Below, in pieces: positions 27,723-36,760 of a stretch of 64,000 bases of DNA; position 1 is the first letter of the stretch; each line of letters starts with the position of its first letter. A program made the position numbers and the translations under genes. This DNA is from a candidate division WOR-3 bacterium (GTDB lineage Bacteria; Hydrothermota; Hydrothermia; JBDRYB01). The stretch is taken from positions 32,083-96,082 of the forward strand of contig JBMFOM010000001.1 of NCBI GenBank assembly GCA_049969615.1. Reading direction: 5' to 3'. Under the pieces are notes generated by a model. The model was not told the origin of the DNA. It did not search any database and saw only the letters and a list, made by a program, of their open reading frames with translations.

Positions 27723-29243
27723 TCAGCACACCCCGCACTCCCCGCATCCGGGAAAACACGGCGGGGTGGGTTCATCATCCATGGCCCTCCTCCACTCCGC
27801 GTCCAGAAAATCCCGTGAAACCCCGGAGCTCACACGGAGAAACGGAGCTGAAAGTGGATAGCCGGGGTCATCCAGATACAAAGAGGGGATGGCGCCCGCC
27901 TTCTTGAGGCCAGAGGCGAGGCTGATGTCCTCCTGGGCCGCGACCAACAGCGCCGCGGAAACGCTCTGGTCGCCGCGGGAGAGAATCGCCTCCTCTCTAG
28001 CCTTCCGGTAGCCATGAACCTTTAGGAGAACATCCTTTGGGACATTGATCAACGAAACCCTTTTCTTGTAATCCTCTTCTGAAAGGAACCGCGCGCGATA
28101 AAACGGGGTCCCCGCCTTTGGCACGAACGGGGAAACAGTGGCCCGAACACGTCTTTTAAAAACGCGCTTTATCTCGCTGACTTGGTCTGATATGGCCCGG
28201 ACATCCTCTTGGGTCTCTTTGGGCAAACCGATCATGTAGTAGAGCTTGAGGGAACCGAAGCCCACATCCCTTGCCCAGCGGGCAACATCAAGGATCCTCT
28301 CGTTTCCAAAGGGTTTGTTCAGGGACATTCGTAGGGAATCAGAGGCGACCTCAGGTGCGAGGGTAAGGGTCTTTGCACCACGCCTGGCGAGAAGGGCCAG
28401 GAGTTCTGGTTCAAGCGCGGATGCGTTGAGAGAGGTGGGGTTCAGGATAAGGTGTTGGGGAGAACCAGCGAGTATCTCGCGGATCTCAGGGTGTTCGGCA
28501 ACGGCTGAACCAACCAGAGCGACCTGCCTGGTGAGTCCCACGGGCAACTGGCCGAGAAGGTCCAAGACTATCTCGCCGGGTAGGAACCTCGGAGGCAGGC
28601 TGGAAAAACCTAGGAGGCAGAACCTACACCGGTTCGGGCAACCCCTTGAAACTTCAACCAGGAACTCGCCCTTGAAGAAGGAGTCCCTTTCAACAAACGC
28701 GGAGAAAGCATCCGACCGTGTCATGTCCGGGAGCCTGGCCCTTTCCGCATCCTCCTTCTGATCTGGGAGCCAGGCCCAGGCCCTCTCGGAAAGATACGAG
28801 AGAAAGCTTTGTCTTTCCTCATATATTCCCGTTTCCAGAAATGGGATAATGGCCTCTGCCTCACCCACCAGAACGGCATCAAAGGTATGCCAGAGGGGAA
28901 ACGGATTGGCAGAGGGGGCAATTCCGCCGGCAAAAAGCAGGTGAAAACCCCTCCTTCTCCTGTCCAGCTCTATTCCCTCGGCCTTAAGGAACCTGAGCGC
29001 TGGGAGGTAATCCGGCTCATATGAGAACGAGAAGAATATCAGGGAAAACTCATACAGTGGCTTGCCGCTCCTGATGCCGCGGGGGTTGTCCGTGAAAAAG
29101 ATGTCGGTGAAGGAGAGCCTATTTAAGCCGCGGAAGGCGGAGTGAAGGCCGAGGTTCTCCGCACCTATCCTCCTGGGGCCCGGAAAAACAAGAGCTATCT
29201 CAGGCTTGCCGCCCCCTAGGCCCTCGAGCCAAACTCTCTCCAA
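27723..29243 (-). CDS. Radical SAM protein with an N-terminal B12-binding-like domain (class-B-like)
   Basis: The CxxxCxxC motif occurs in VEVSRGCPNRCRFCLLGF, about 200 aa from the N-terminus. The C-terminus is Cys-rich (PPCFPGCGECGVC). The start overlaps the ftsZ 3' end by ~28 nt, so it is the last gene of the dcw operon. Confidence 0.75.
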   Translation of the reverse strand: MERVWLEGLGGGKPEIALVFPGPRRIGAENLGLHSAFRGLNRLSFTDIFFTDNPRGIRSGKPLYEFSLIFFSFSYEPDYLPALRFLKAEGIELDRRRRGFHLLFAGGIAPSANPFPLWHTFDAVLVGEAEAIIPFLETGIYEERQSFLSYLSERAWAWLPDQKEDAERARLPDMTRSDAFSAFVERDSFFKGEFLVEVSRGCPNRCRFCLLGFSSLPPRFLPGEIVLDLLGQLPVGLTRQVALVGSAVAEHPEIREILAGSPQHLILNPTSLNASALEPELLALLARRGAKTLTLAPEVASDSLRMSLNKPFGNERILDVARWARDVGFGSLKLYYMIGLPKETQEDVRAISDQVSEIKRVFKRRVRATVSPFVPKAGTPFYRARFLSEEDYKKRVSLINVPKDVLLKVHGYRKAREEAILSRGDQSVSAALLVAAQEDISLASGLKKAGAIPSLYLDDPGYPLSAPFLRVSSGVSRDFLDAEWRRAMDDEPTPPCFPGCGECGVC

Positions 29244-30379
29244 TCATCCTCCTCATCAGGATCAATCAGAGGCCTCTTGAATTCAAAACCAGAATAGATG
29301 TCGCCGCTCACCCCTGTCCGGTCCTTATCTTTGTCTGTCCTGGATGTCCTGGTCGGGCGAGTCACTGGGCCGGGGAAGCGGTATCCGGGCACAAATCCCC
29401 TTCTCTCCTTTATGCCGGTGGCTATCACCGTAACCCGGATGGTCTCGGTCAGCTCCCTATCCATGACCATACCCACTATCGTCTCAGGAGAGCCTGATTG
29501 GGCCATGGCCTCCTGGCTTATCGTGTTGAGTATGGCCTCCATCTCCTCCACTCTCAGGCCGAAATCTGGATTATCCGGAGACTGAATATTCACCAGTATC
29601 CTGTCTGCACCGGATATGTTTTCAATGCCGTCAAGGAGCGGCGCACTGAGGGCCATTTTGGTCGCGCTCACGGCCCTGTTCTCGCCCTTGGCTTCGCCTA
29701 TGCCAATGAGGGACAGGCCTCCGTTCTTCATCACGGTCCTGACATCCGCGAAATCCACATTCATATAGCCGGGGTTGCGTATGATGTCAACCACTGACCT
29801 GGCCGCGTGGTAGAGGATGTCGTCGGCCCGCGCGAAGGCCTGGGGTATGGGAAGCTCCCTTGTGGTCTCCGCGAGCTTGGTGTTGCTTATAACAAGAAGG
29901 ACATTGGCGTGTTCCCTGAGCTCCCTCAGCCCAGCCTCGGCCTTGTCCTGCTTGGCCTGGCCCTCAAACCTGAACGGCTTGGTAACTATTGCCACCACGA
30001 GGATTCCCTTTTCCTTGGCTATTCTGGCCACCACCGGGCTGGCACCGGTTCCCGTACCGCCGCCCATACCAGCTGCGATGAAAACCATGTCGTAGCCCTC
30101 TATTGCCTTTTCTATCTCTTCCTCGGATTCCTCTGCGGCCATCTTTCCAACCTCCGGATCAGCGCCAGCACCAAGCCCCCTGGTCACGGTGCTTCCCAGG
30201 GGTATCTTGATGTCGGCAAGGCATGTTTCCAAGACCTGCCTGTCCGTGTTGGCCGCGGCTATGGCCGCGCCAGTAAGCCCCTTCCTCACCATGTGATTTA
30301 CGGCATTGCACCCAGCCCCGCCAACGCCTATGACCAGTATCCTGGCCGGATCTGTCCTATCGTCGTAATAGACCTTCAT
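29216..30379 (-). CDS. ftsZ: Cell division GTPase FtsZ
   Basis: [10 protein letters not shown] and [13 protein letters not shown] tubulin-signature motifs are present. Confidence 0.95.
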   Translation of the reverse strand: MKVYYDDRTDPARILVIGVGGAGCNAVNHMVRKGLTGAAIAAANTDRQVLETCLADIKIPLGSTVTRGLGAGADPEVGKMAAEESEEEIEKAIEGYDMVFIAAGMGGGTGTGASPVVARIAKEKGILVVAIVTKPFRFEGQAKQDKAEAGLRELREHANVLLVISNTKLAETTRELPIPQAFARADDILYHAARSVVDIIRNPGYMNVDFADVRTVMKNGGLSLIGIGEAKGENRAVSATKMALSAPLLDGIENISGADRILVNIQSPDNPDFGLRVEEMEAILNTISQEAMAQSGSPETIVGMVMDRELTETIRVTVIATGIKERRGFVPGYRFPGPVTRPTRTSRTDKDKDRTGVSGDIYSGFEFKRPLIDPDEEDDWREFGSRA

Positions 30380-30395
30380 GTCAGGTTCTCCTTTG

Positions 30396-31613
30396 TTAAA
30401 ACATATCTTTTATGTTCTCCCAGAATTGTTTGAAAACCACACGCGGCCTGGGTTTCAAAACACTCTGGCTCGCCATCTTCACCAGGCCGACCGCGACCGC
30501 GAAGTCAGCAGTGGCAACGGCCTCGGAGAAGGACTCAACGCCCCTCGGCGTCCCTATGGTAACGGGGAGACTGAATATCTCCTCCGCCATCTCCCTGGCT
30601 CCGGGCAAGGCAGATGTGCCACCGACAAGGAGAATCGGCGTCCCGGCCCTCGTGACCCGATAAAGCCCCGCGCGCTCCAGCTCCGCCCTTATCCTGGTGA
30701 GGAGGTCACCAACCGCCTGCTCTATCACCTGGGAGAGCCTCCTTCTGGCAACGCCGTATTCAACGCCTCTCTTTGAATCCCGAACAGTTATGGTCTCTGC
30801 CTCGTCAACCGTGTAGTAGTTGCCCACGACGCCGTATTTCTCCTTCAGGTGGGCCGCTGTGGCCTGGCTCATCAGGAACTCAGCCGCTATGGCCTCGGTT
30901 ATGTAATCCCCTCCCCATTCCATCACATCAACATTCAGGAGCATCTCGTCCTGCCAGACAGCGACATCCGTCGTTGTCCTGCCAATATCAAGCAGGATAG
31001 CCCCCTCCTCAAAATCCTCCTCGTCCATGACCCCATACGAAGCCGCTATTGGCTGAAAGAAAAACAGGGGCTGACGTATTCCAGCGCTAGAGAGGCACGC
31101 AGTTATGTTCTCAAGAAACACCCTGTCAGCAGTCACTATGTATGCCTCCAGCTCCAGCCTTACACCAGCGAGGCCAACCGGATTCTTTATGCCCCTGGTG
31201 GAATCAACCGCATACTGGTTGGGGTGGACATATATTATCTCGTGATTCGCCGGAAGCGAGATGGATTTCGCCTGCTCAAGGACGCGCTTCACATCATCCT
31301 GGGTTATGGGCTTGCCCTTTTTCACTGTCACAAGGCCGGACGAGCCTTTTGAGTATATCTGGCGACCCGTTATTCCGGCCGCGGGTATAAGGTTCTCCAG
31401 CTTTAGATCAGCCATCCTGCATGTCTCGGCCACCGCGGCCTTTATCACTGCGGTAGCCCTGTCCATGTTGACTATGACTCCCCCCCTTATTCCCCTGGAC
31501 GGTACCTGGGCCGCTCCATTTATGAATACCCTTCCGTCCCTGAGCTCTCCAGCAACGCAACGGATGAAGCCCGAACCCAGGTCCAATCCCAGAATACCTT
31601 CTTGTGTTTTCAT
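30396..31613 (-). CDS. ftsA: Cell division protein FtsA
   Basis: An actin-like ATPase with the N-terminus GLDLGSGFIRCVAG. It lies directly upstream of ftsZ. Confidence 0.9.
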   Translation of the reverse strand: MKTQEGILGLDLGSGFIRCVAGELRDGRVFINGAAQVPSRGIRGGVIVNMDRATAVIKAAVAETCRMADLKLENLIPAAGITGRQIYSKGSSGLVTVKKGKPITQDDVKRVLEQAKSISLPANHEIIYVHPNQYAVDSTRGIKNPVGLAGVRLELEAYIVTADRVFLENITACLSSAGIRQPLFFFQPIAASYGVMDEEDFEEGAILLDIGRTTTDVAVWQDEMLLNVDVMEWGGDYITEAIAAEFLMSQATAAHLKEKYGVVGNYYTVDEAETITVRDSKRGVEYGVARRRLSQVIEQAVGDLLTRIRAELERAGLYRVTRAGTPILLVGGTSALPGAREMAEEIFSLPVTIGTPRGVESFSEAVATADFAVAVGLVKMASQSVLKPRPRVVFKQFWENIKDMF

Positions 31614-32476
31614 GTGTCTCCTCCCGGCAAAAATTCTATTTCGGTCTCCAGGGCAACGCCATGAGCCTCCAGAACCCTCTTCCTGACGCGCTCAATGAGC
31701 TCGCGGACATCCCTGGCCGTGGCCTGTCCGAGGTTGACTATGAAATTGGCGTGGAGCGTGGAGACCATAGCATCGCCCACACGGAGGCCCTTCAGTCCAG
31801 CGGATTCAATGAGCGCACCAGCGTGCCCGCCTGGCGGATTCTTGAATATACACCCAGCCGAGCGCTGGCCTATGGGCTGATGACGCTTCCTCTTCTCGTT
31901 GTAATAATACATCGCGTTCCTGAGCTTCGCTGGATCGCTTCTCTCCAGGCTCATGGCAACCCGGAGCAGTATCCCAGCGGCGGGCAAGGCTGAGGCCCTA
32001 TATGTCATCGCCAGTTCATCCTTTGAAAATCTGACGAGGCCCTCCCCGGTCATAACCTCGGCCCAGGCGACCAGCTCCGCCATCTCCCTGCCGTACGCGC
32101 CAGCATTCTTGGCGACCGCGCCGCCCATGGCGCCGGGTATGCCGTAGAGCTCCTCCAGACCGCCAAGCCCCACCTCGGCCGCGAAAAGGCACACCCTCGC
32201 GAGGCTCTCGCCGGCTCCAGCTATCAACAGACCCTCCTCAACGGATATGCCCTTCAGCCTCCTCGCGGAGACAAGGATGCCGGGGATGCCCTCGTCCGCG
32301 ACCAGCACATCCGTGCCAGCGGAAAGGACCGAAACCCGGAGGTTCTCTGCCTTGGCGAACGAAAGGCACTCGGAGACCTCCCCGGGGGTGGCTGGCTCCG
32401 CGTAGAAGCGCGCGGGTCCGCCTATGCCAAAGCTGGTCATCGGCCCCACTATCACATCGCGTTTTATCTCAACCAT
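31610..32476 (-). CDS. murB: UDP-N-acetylenolpyruvoylglucosamine reductase
   Basis: An FAD-binding N-terminus (FGIGGPARFYAEP) is present. The gene overlaps the ftsA start by 4 nt, so no ftsQ or ddl lies between them. Confidence 0.85.
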   Translation of the reverse strand: MVEIKRDVIVGPMTSFGIGGPARFYAEPATPGEVSECLSFAKAENLRVSVLSAGTDVLVADEGIPGILVSARRLKGISVEEGLLIAGAGESLARVCLFAAEVGLGGLEELYGIPGAMGGAVAKNAGAYGREMAELVAWAEVMTGEGLVRFSKDELAMTYRASALPAAGILLRVAMSLERSDPAKLRNAMYYYNEKRKRHQPIGQRSAGCIFKNPPGGHAGALIESAGLKGLRVGDAMVSTLHANFIVNLGQATARDVRELIERVRKRVLEAHGVALETEIEFLPGGDT

Positions 32477-33848
32477 TCAGGAACTCCTCCCCTATTTTCC
32501 AGACATTCCCAGCGCCCAGGGTCAAGAGCAGGTCTCCGGGGCGGAGAGCCTCCCTCAGGACCTCCAGGACATCCTCGCCCTCCTCAATGAGATGGACATC
32601 CTTGTGCCCGGCCTCTTTAACTGCCTCGTAGATCAGCCTGGAGGAAACACCCTCTATTGGCTTTTCGCCGGCAGGGTATATAGGAAGGATGAAAAGGAGG
32701 TCAGAGTCAAGAAAAGCGCCACCGAACTCCGCGTGCAGGTAAAGGGTCCGGGTGAACCTGTGGGGCTGAAATAGAACCACTATCCTGCCATCCTTCCAAT
32801 AGTTGCGAGCGGCCGCGAGGGTCGCCCTTATCTCGGTGGGGTGATGGCCATAATCGTCAACCACCCGGACGCGGTCGCGCTCGCCTTTTATCTCAAACCT
32901 GCGCTCTACCCCAGAGAACGAGGCAAGCCCCTCGGTTATGGCATCATGGGGTATCTCCAGCTCCAGGGCAACCGCTATGGCCGCCAGCGCGTTGGAGACA
33001 TTGTGTATGCCTGGAACCGAAAGCGAAACCTTCATTATCTCCTCACCATCCCAGAAGACCAGGAAATCCGAACCAAGGTCTCTGAGGGTTATCTCCCTCG
33101 CGGAGACATCCGCCTGTCTCACCATCCCGTATGTGATTACCCTGTGTTCAACGAGGGGCATGAGCTTGCGGACCGGATCAGAGTCAAGGTTAAGGACAGC
33201 AACGCCATAGAACGGAACCCGCGAGACAAACCTGAGGAATGCCTCGGAGATGTCCTCCATCCCGGAATATGTGTCAAGGTGCTCTGGATCAAGGTTGGTG
33301 ACAACAGCTATTGTAGGGAAAAGCTCAAGGAAGCTCCTGTCAGACTCGTCTGCCTCAGCGACCAAGTATGGTCCCTGGCCGAGCCGTGCGCCTGTCCTGG
33401 TGCCGTGGAACCTCCCGCCTATAACCACAGTGGGGTCAAGGCCCGCGCGCGCCAGGACATGCGCTACCATGGAGGAAGTTGTGGATTTGCCGTGCATTCC
33501 GGATATGGCTATGGAGAACTTGACCCGCATCAGCTCAGCCAGCATCCGTGCCCTTGGAACTACAGGGATGCCCATTTCCCTCGCGGCGACAAGCTCGGGG
33601 TTATCATCCCTTATAGCTGAGGATACAACCACCAGGTCCGCGCCAACAGGGTTGGAGGGGTCATGGCCGTAGAATACCCTCGCGCCGAGCTCCTCCAGGT
33701 GATTGGTTGTCTCCTGCCTGGCAACATCAGATCCCGTGACCGTGAAACCGAGGTTAATGAGGACCTCGGCTATGCCGCTCATCCCGGAGCCACCTATGCC
33801 AATAAAGTGAACGCGCTCGTATTTCTTTTTTGGGAGGATCATGGGCAA
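32469..33848 (-). CDS. murC: UDP-N-acetylmuramate--L-alanine ligase
   Basis: HFIGIGGSGMSGIAEVL and a GTHGKSTT-like motif (SGMHGKSTTSSM) are present. Confidence 0.9.
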   Translation of the reverse strand: MPMILPKKKYERVHFIGIGGSGMSGIAEVLINLGFTVTGSDVARQETTNHLEELGARVFYGHDPSNPVGADLVVVSSAIRDDNPELVAAREMGIPVVPRARMLAELMRVKFSIAISGMHGKSTTSSMVAHVLARAGLDPTVVIGGRFHGTRTGARLGQGPYLVAEADESDRSFLELFPTIAVVTNLDPEHLDTYSGMEDISEAFLRFVSRVPFYGVAVLNLDSDPVRKLMPLVEHRVITYGMVRQADVSAREITLRDLGSDFLVFWDGEEIMKVSLSVPGIHNVSNALAAIAVALELEIPHDAITEGLASFSGVERRFEIKGERDRVRVVDDYGHHPTEIRATLAAARNYWKDGRIVVLFQPHRFTRTLYLHAEFGGAFLDSDLLFILPIYPAGEKPIEGVSSRLIYEAVKEAGHKDVHLIEEGEDVLEVLREALRPGDLLLTLGAGNVWKIGEEFLNG

Positions 33849-33909
33849 CCCCCTGTGTTCGGGTCTCCGGGCGAGGCTCCCGGCTCAGGCAGACCAAATG
33901 CAGTCGGTC

Positions 33910-34590
33910 TCATAGCCCTTCCAGAATCGTCCTGGCCGCGGTGAGGAACTTCCTTGATTCCGAGAGGAGATCCGCGGTTTCCTTGGCCTTAAAATCCCTG
34001 AGCCTGAACTCTGCCTCGGTATATGCGTCGCGAAGCATGATAAGCGAAGTGGATAGCTCCCGCGGGACCAAGCCGGTCTTAACGAACCTCTCCATGAACA
34101 TGTCCAGACAGCGCCGTGTATCAGACGGCTCATCCCCGCCCATTATCAGAAGAGCCTTGGCCGCGAGGTAGGCCGAGTAGTAGGCCGAGGAAACCGCTAT
34201 GTTATAAAGCCCTTTATCCATAAGAGCTTCCACGGCCATGAGGTTCTTCTCGGACCTGAGGAGGAGGGTCTTCATGCGCCTGGCGTGACAATCGCTCCGG
34301 CTACGCTCGGCCTTGTGCCTTACGCTCCCCATCATGGCTATCCGTTTCTTCCTCTCCTCAGCCTCATGGCTGGGCATGGCAAGGGTCATCACATGCACTC
34401 CGGTCTCCTGGAGTATGGATGTCTCCAGCTCCGAGAGCGCCCTCCTGGTTTCGGTGTCAAGGCCAGCATCGCCATCCAGGACAAGGACACCGACCAAACC
34501 GCCATCATCCTTCAACATCATTATGTCAACCAGGGAATCGCCCAGAAGCTGGGATATTCCTACCCGGTATGCGTTGTAAGCCTCGTTCAT
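33910..34590 (-). CDS. Hypothetical protein with an N-terminal nucleotidyltransferase-like region and a C-terminal HEPN-like helical domain. It is translationally coupled to murG.
   Basis: The 226-aa protein has a 4-nt ATGA overlap with the murG stop. The C-terminal segment SSAYYSAYLAAKALLIMGGDEPSDTRRCLDMF resembles the first helices of HEPN. The canonical Rx4-6H motif is not obvious. The N-terminus contains LVGVLVLDGD, which is hhhDxD-like. It has no TM segment, so it is not FtsQ. Confidence 0.55.
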   Translation of the reverse strand: MNEAYNAYRVGISQLLGDSLVDIMMLKDDGGLVGVLVLDGDAGLDTETRRALSELETSILQETGVHVMTLAMPSHEAEERKKRIAMMGSVRHKAERSRSDCHARRMKTLLLRSEKNLMAVEALMDKGLYNIAVSSAYYSAYLAAKALLIMGGDEPSDTRRCLDMFMERFVKTGLVPRELSTSLIMLRDAYTEAEFRLRDFKAKETADLLSESRKFLTAARTILEGL

Positions 34591-35648
34591 TCAAGAACCT
34601 CCTTTTTTGTTTCTTTCAATACCACCTCAAGAACCACGGCCGCGGCACGAGGTTTTGCGAATCCCCTGATGGCCTGGGCCATAAAGGAAAGCCTCTGGCT
34701 ATTGCGGAGCAAATCGCACAGGAGGCGAGGAAGCTCCTCAAGACGGTCCTCAGAAAGGACAACGACACCACCTGTTTTCGCGAGGGCCTCCGCGTTTGCC
34801 CTCTGGTGATCGTCGGCCGCGTGGGGAAACGGAACGAGAATGGCAGGAAGGCCAAAGAAACCGAGCTCCTGCGAGATCCCGCCTCCAGCCCTCGCTATGG
34901 CTATGTCGGCCGCGGAATACGCGGGTGAGACATTCGGTAGGTAATCAACCAAGAGAAAATTTTCGCCCCTTTCTGGATAATCCCTCCTGAACATGGGGTA
35001 ATCCCTCTTGCCGGCTATGACGAGAAACTGAAGGTCTGGCACAGACGTGGCTATCTCAAGCGCGATGGCCGTGAGGGCCCTGGCGCCCTGAGAACCGCCC
35101 ATCACGAGGACGAGGGGCCTCTCATCAAAACCGAGGCTTGCCCGTGCCTCTGGCTTTGGAATCTCCCGGAGGTTCCCGCGGAGCGGATTTCCGGAGACAA
35201 AACACCTAGCTCCGGACAGGTGAGCCTCTGTCTCAGGGAATGTGGTGAAAACAGCCGCCGCGCCGCGAGCGAAGGCCCGGACAGTTGCCCCAGGTATGAC
35301 ATTCTGCTCCATGAGCCAATATCTTTTTCTCATTATTCTGGCCGCCAGAAGTATAGGGACGGATGCATATGAACCGAAAGCCACTATGGGTCCGCGCCCA
35401 ACCAGGCGCAGGCACTTGATTGTCCCGAAGGCTATCTTTATGCCGGATGTGAGCCTCCTTCCGACCGGAACGCCGGACAGCGGGCCAGAGGGAACCTTGA
35501 TGCCAGAGATGCCCTCGGCAATTATTCCCTCCTTGATCTGGCCTAGGAGAAACAGGACAGGGATTCCCCTGGACCGGGCCTCTTCCGCGAGGGCCATCGC
35601 TGGGTAGATGTGTCCGCCGGTCCCACCGGTCGCTATCAGGAGTTCCAC
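34587..35648 (-). CDS. murG: Undecaprenyldiphospho-muramoylpentapeptide beta-N-acetylglucosaminyltransferase
   Basis: The N-terminus is IATGGTGGHIYPAMALAEE. Confidence 0.9.
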   Translation of the reverse strand: MELLIATGGTGGHIYPAMALAEEARSRGIPVLFLLGQIKEGIIAEGISGIKVPSGPLSGVPVGRRLTSGIKIAFGTIKCLRLVGRGPIVAFGSYASVPILLAARIMRKRYWLMEQNVIPGATVRAFARGAAAVFTTFPETEAHLSGARCFVSGNPLRGNLREIPKPEARASLGFDERPLVLVMGGSQGARALTAIALEIATSVPDLQFLVIAGKRDYPMFRRDYPERGENFLLVDYLPNVSPAYSAADIAIARAGGGISQELGFFGLPAILVPFPHAADDHQRANAEALAKTGGVVVLSEDRLEELPRLLCDLLRNSQRLSFMAQAIRGFAKPRAAAVVLEVVLKETKKEVLE

Positions 35649-36760
35649 TGCGATAACCTCCTTGAGAGGTTGAGAAGGACTCCGGCCATCCCAGAATAAA
35701 GCACGAGGGAGCTCCCGCCATAGCTGATGAAAGGCAGGGCAAGGCCAGTCGGCGGCAAAAGCCCCAGAACAACCGACATGTGCGCGAGGCCGTACAAGCC
35801 TATAACGCCCGATGCACCGAAACCAAGAAGACCCAGGAACCTTTCGCGCTGAATGAGCCTGTTGGCTATCACTATGCCACGGAGGACAATGATCGTGAGG
35901 AGTCCAAGGACAGCCAGGGAACCAACCAGGCCGAGCTCCTCGCCCACGACCGCATAGATGAAATCAGTGTGGGGTTTAGGCAAATAAAGGAACTTTTCCT
36001 TGCCCTTTCCGGGGCCAACCCCAATTAGGCCGCCTTCGGCAAGCCCTATCTTTGCCTGGGTAACCTGATATGCTCCGCCCCGGGTAAAGCTCTCCACGCG
36101 TTCCTTCGCGTGCGGGAAAAACCTGATGCTGGCCGCGAAGACCAGGGCCGCGACAGCGCAGGTAACCATGAGGTGCCCGAGCTTCGCTCCGCCTATAAAA
36201 AGCATGAATATACCGACGAGCGCGAGGATGGCCGATGTGGAAACAGCGGGTTCCAGGAGGACGAGGCCAACCAGGATGCCTGTGGCCCCGAGCGCGGGCA
36301 GAAAACCTGTCCTGAAGGATTTTATGTCTTTCCTGGCCATGAAACGGGCCAGGAAAACCACGAGGGAAAGTTTTGCCAGGTCAGAGGGCTGAAAGCTGAA
36401 ACCACCGAACATGAACCATCTCCGCGCGCCCAAGGCGGTTTTGCCAAGAAAGAAGAGGGCAACCAGGAGCACGACGGCCAGCCAAAATACCTTTCCGCTG
36501 TGGCGCTCCCAGAACTCAGCCGGAATAGCATACATGAGGATCAGGACCAGGACAGCGACCAGGAGGCGAAGGAGGTGCCTCATGAAAAAGTAGAACTGGG
36601 GCAGGTCATTGGCCTGGGCAAGGTAGGAGGATGAGGTATAGACGATCAAGGCGCCCACAGCAAGCAGAATGAATACCGGTAAAGCTATCCAAAGGTCAAG
36701 GCCGGCCTTGGCCTCATTTCTGGCTCCGATGGTTCCTGATTCAGATGTCCTTAACGGCAT
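35636..36760 (-). CDS. ftsW: SEDS-family peptidoglycan glycosyltransferase FtsW
   Basis: A polytopic membrane protein of the FtsW/RodA family. The longest ORF would reach 36838, but the internal start MPLRTSE... minimises overlap with murD. Confidence 0.85.
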   Translation of the reverse strand: MPLRTSESGTIGARNEAKAGLDLWIALPVFILLAVGALIVYTSSSYLAQANDLPQFYFFMRHLLRLLVAVLVLILMYAIPAEFWERHSGKVFWLAVVLLVALFFLGKTALGARRWFMFGGFSFQPSDLAKLSLVVFLARFMARKDIKSFRTGFLPALGATGILVGLVLLEPAVSTSAILALVGIFMLFIGGAKLGHLMVTCAVAALVFAASIRFFPHAKERVESFTRGGAYQVTQAKIGLAEGGLIGVGPGKGKEKFLYLPKPHTDFIYAVVGEELGLVGSLAVLGLLTIIVLRGIVIANRLIQRERFLGLLGFGASGVIGLYGLAHMSVVLGLLPPTGLALPFISYGGSSLVLYSGMAGVLLNLSRRLSQWNS

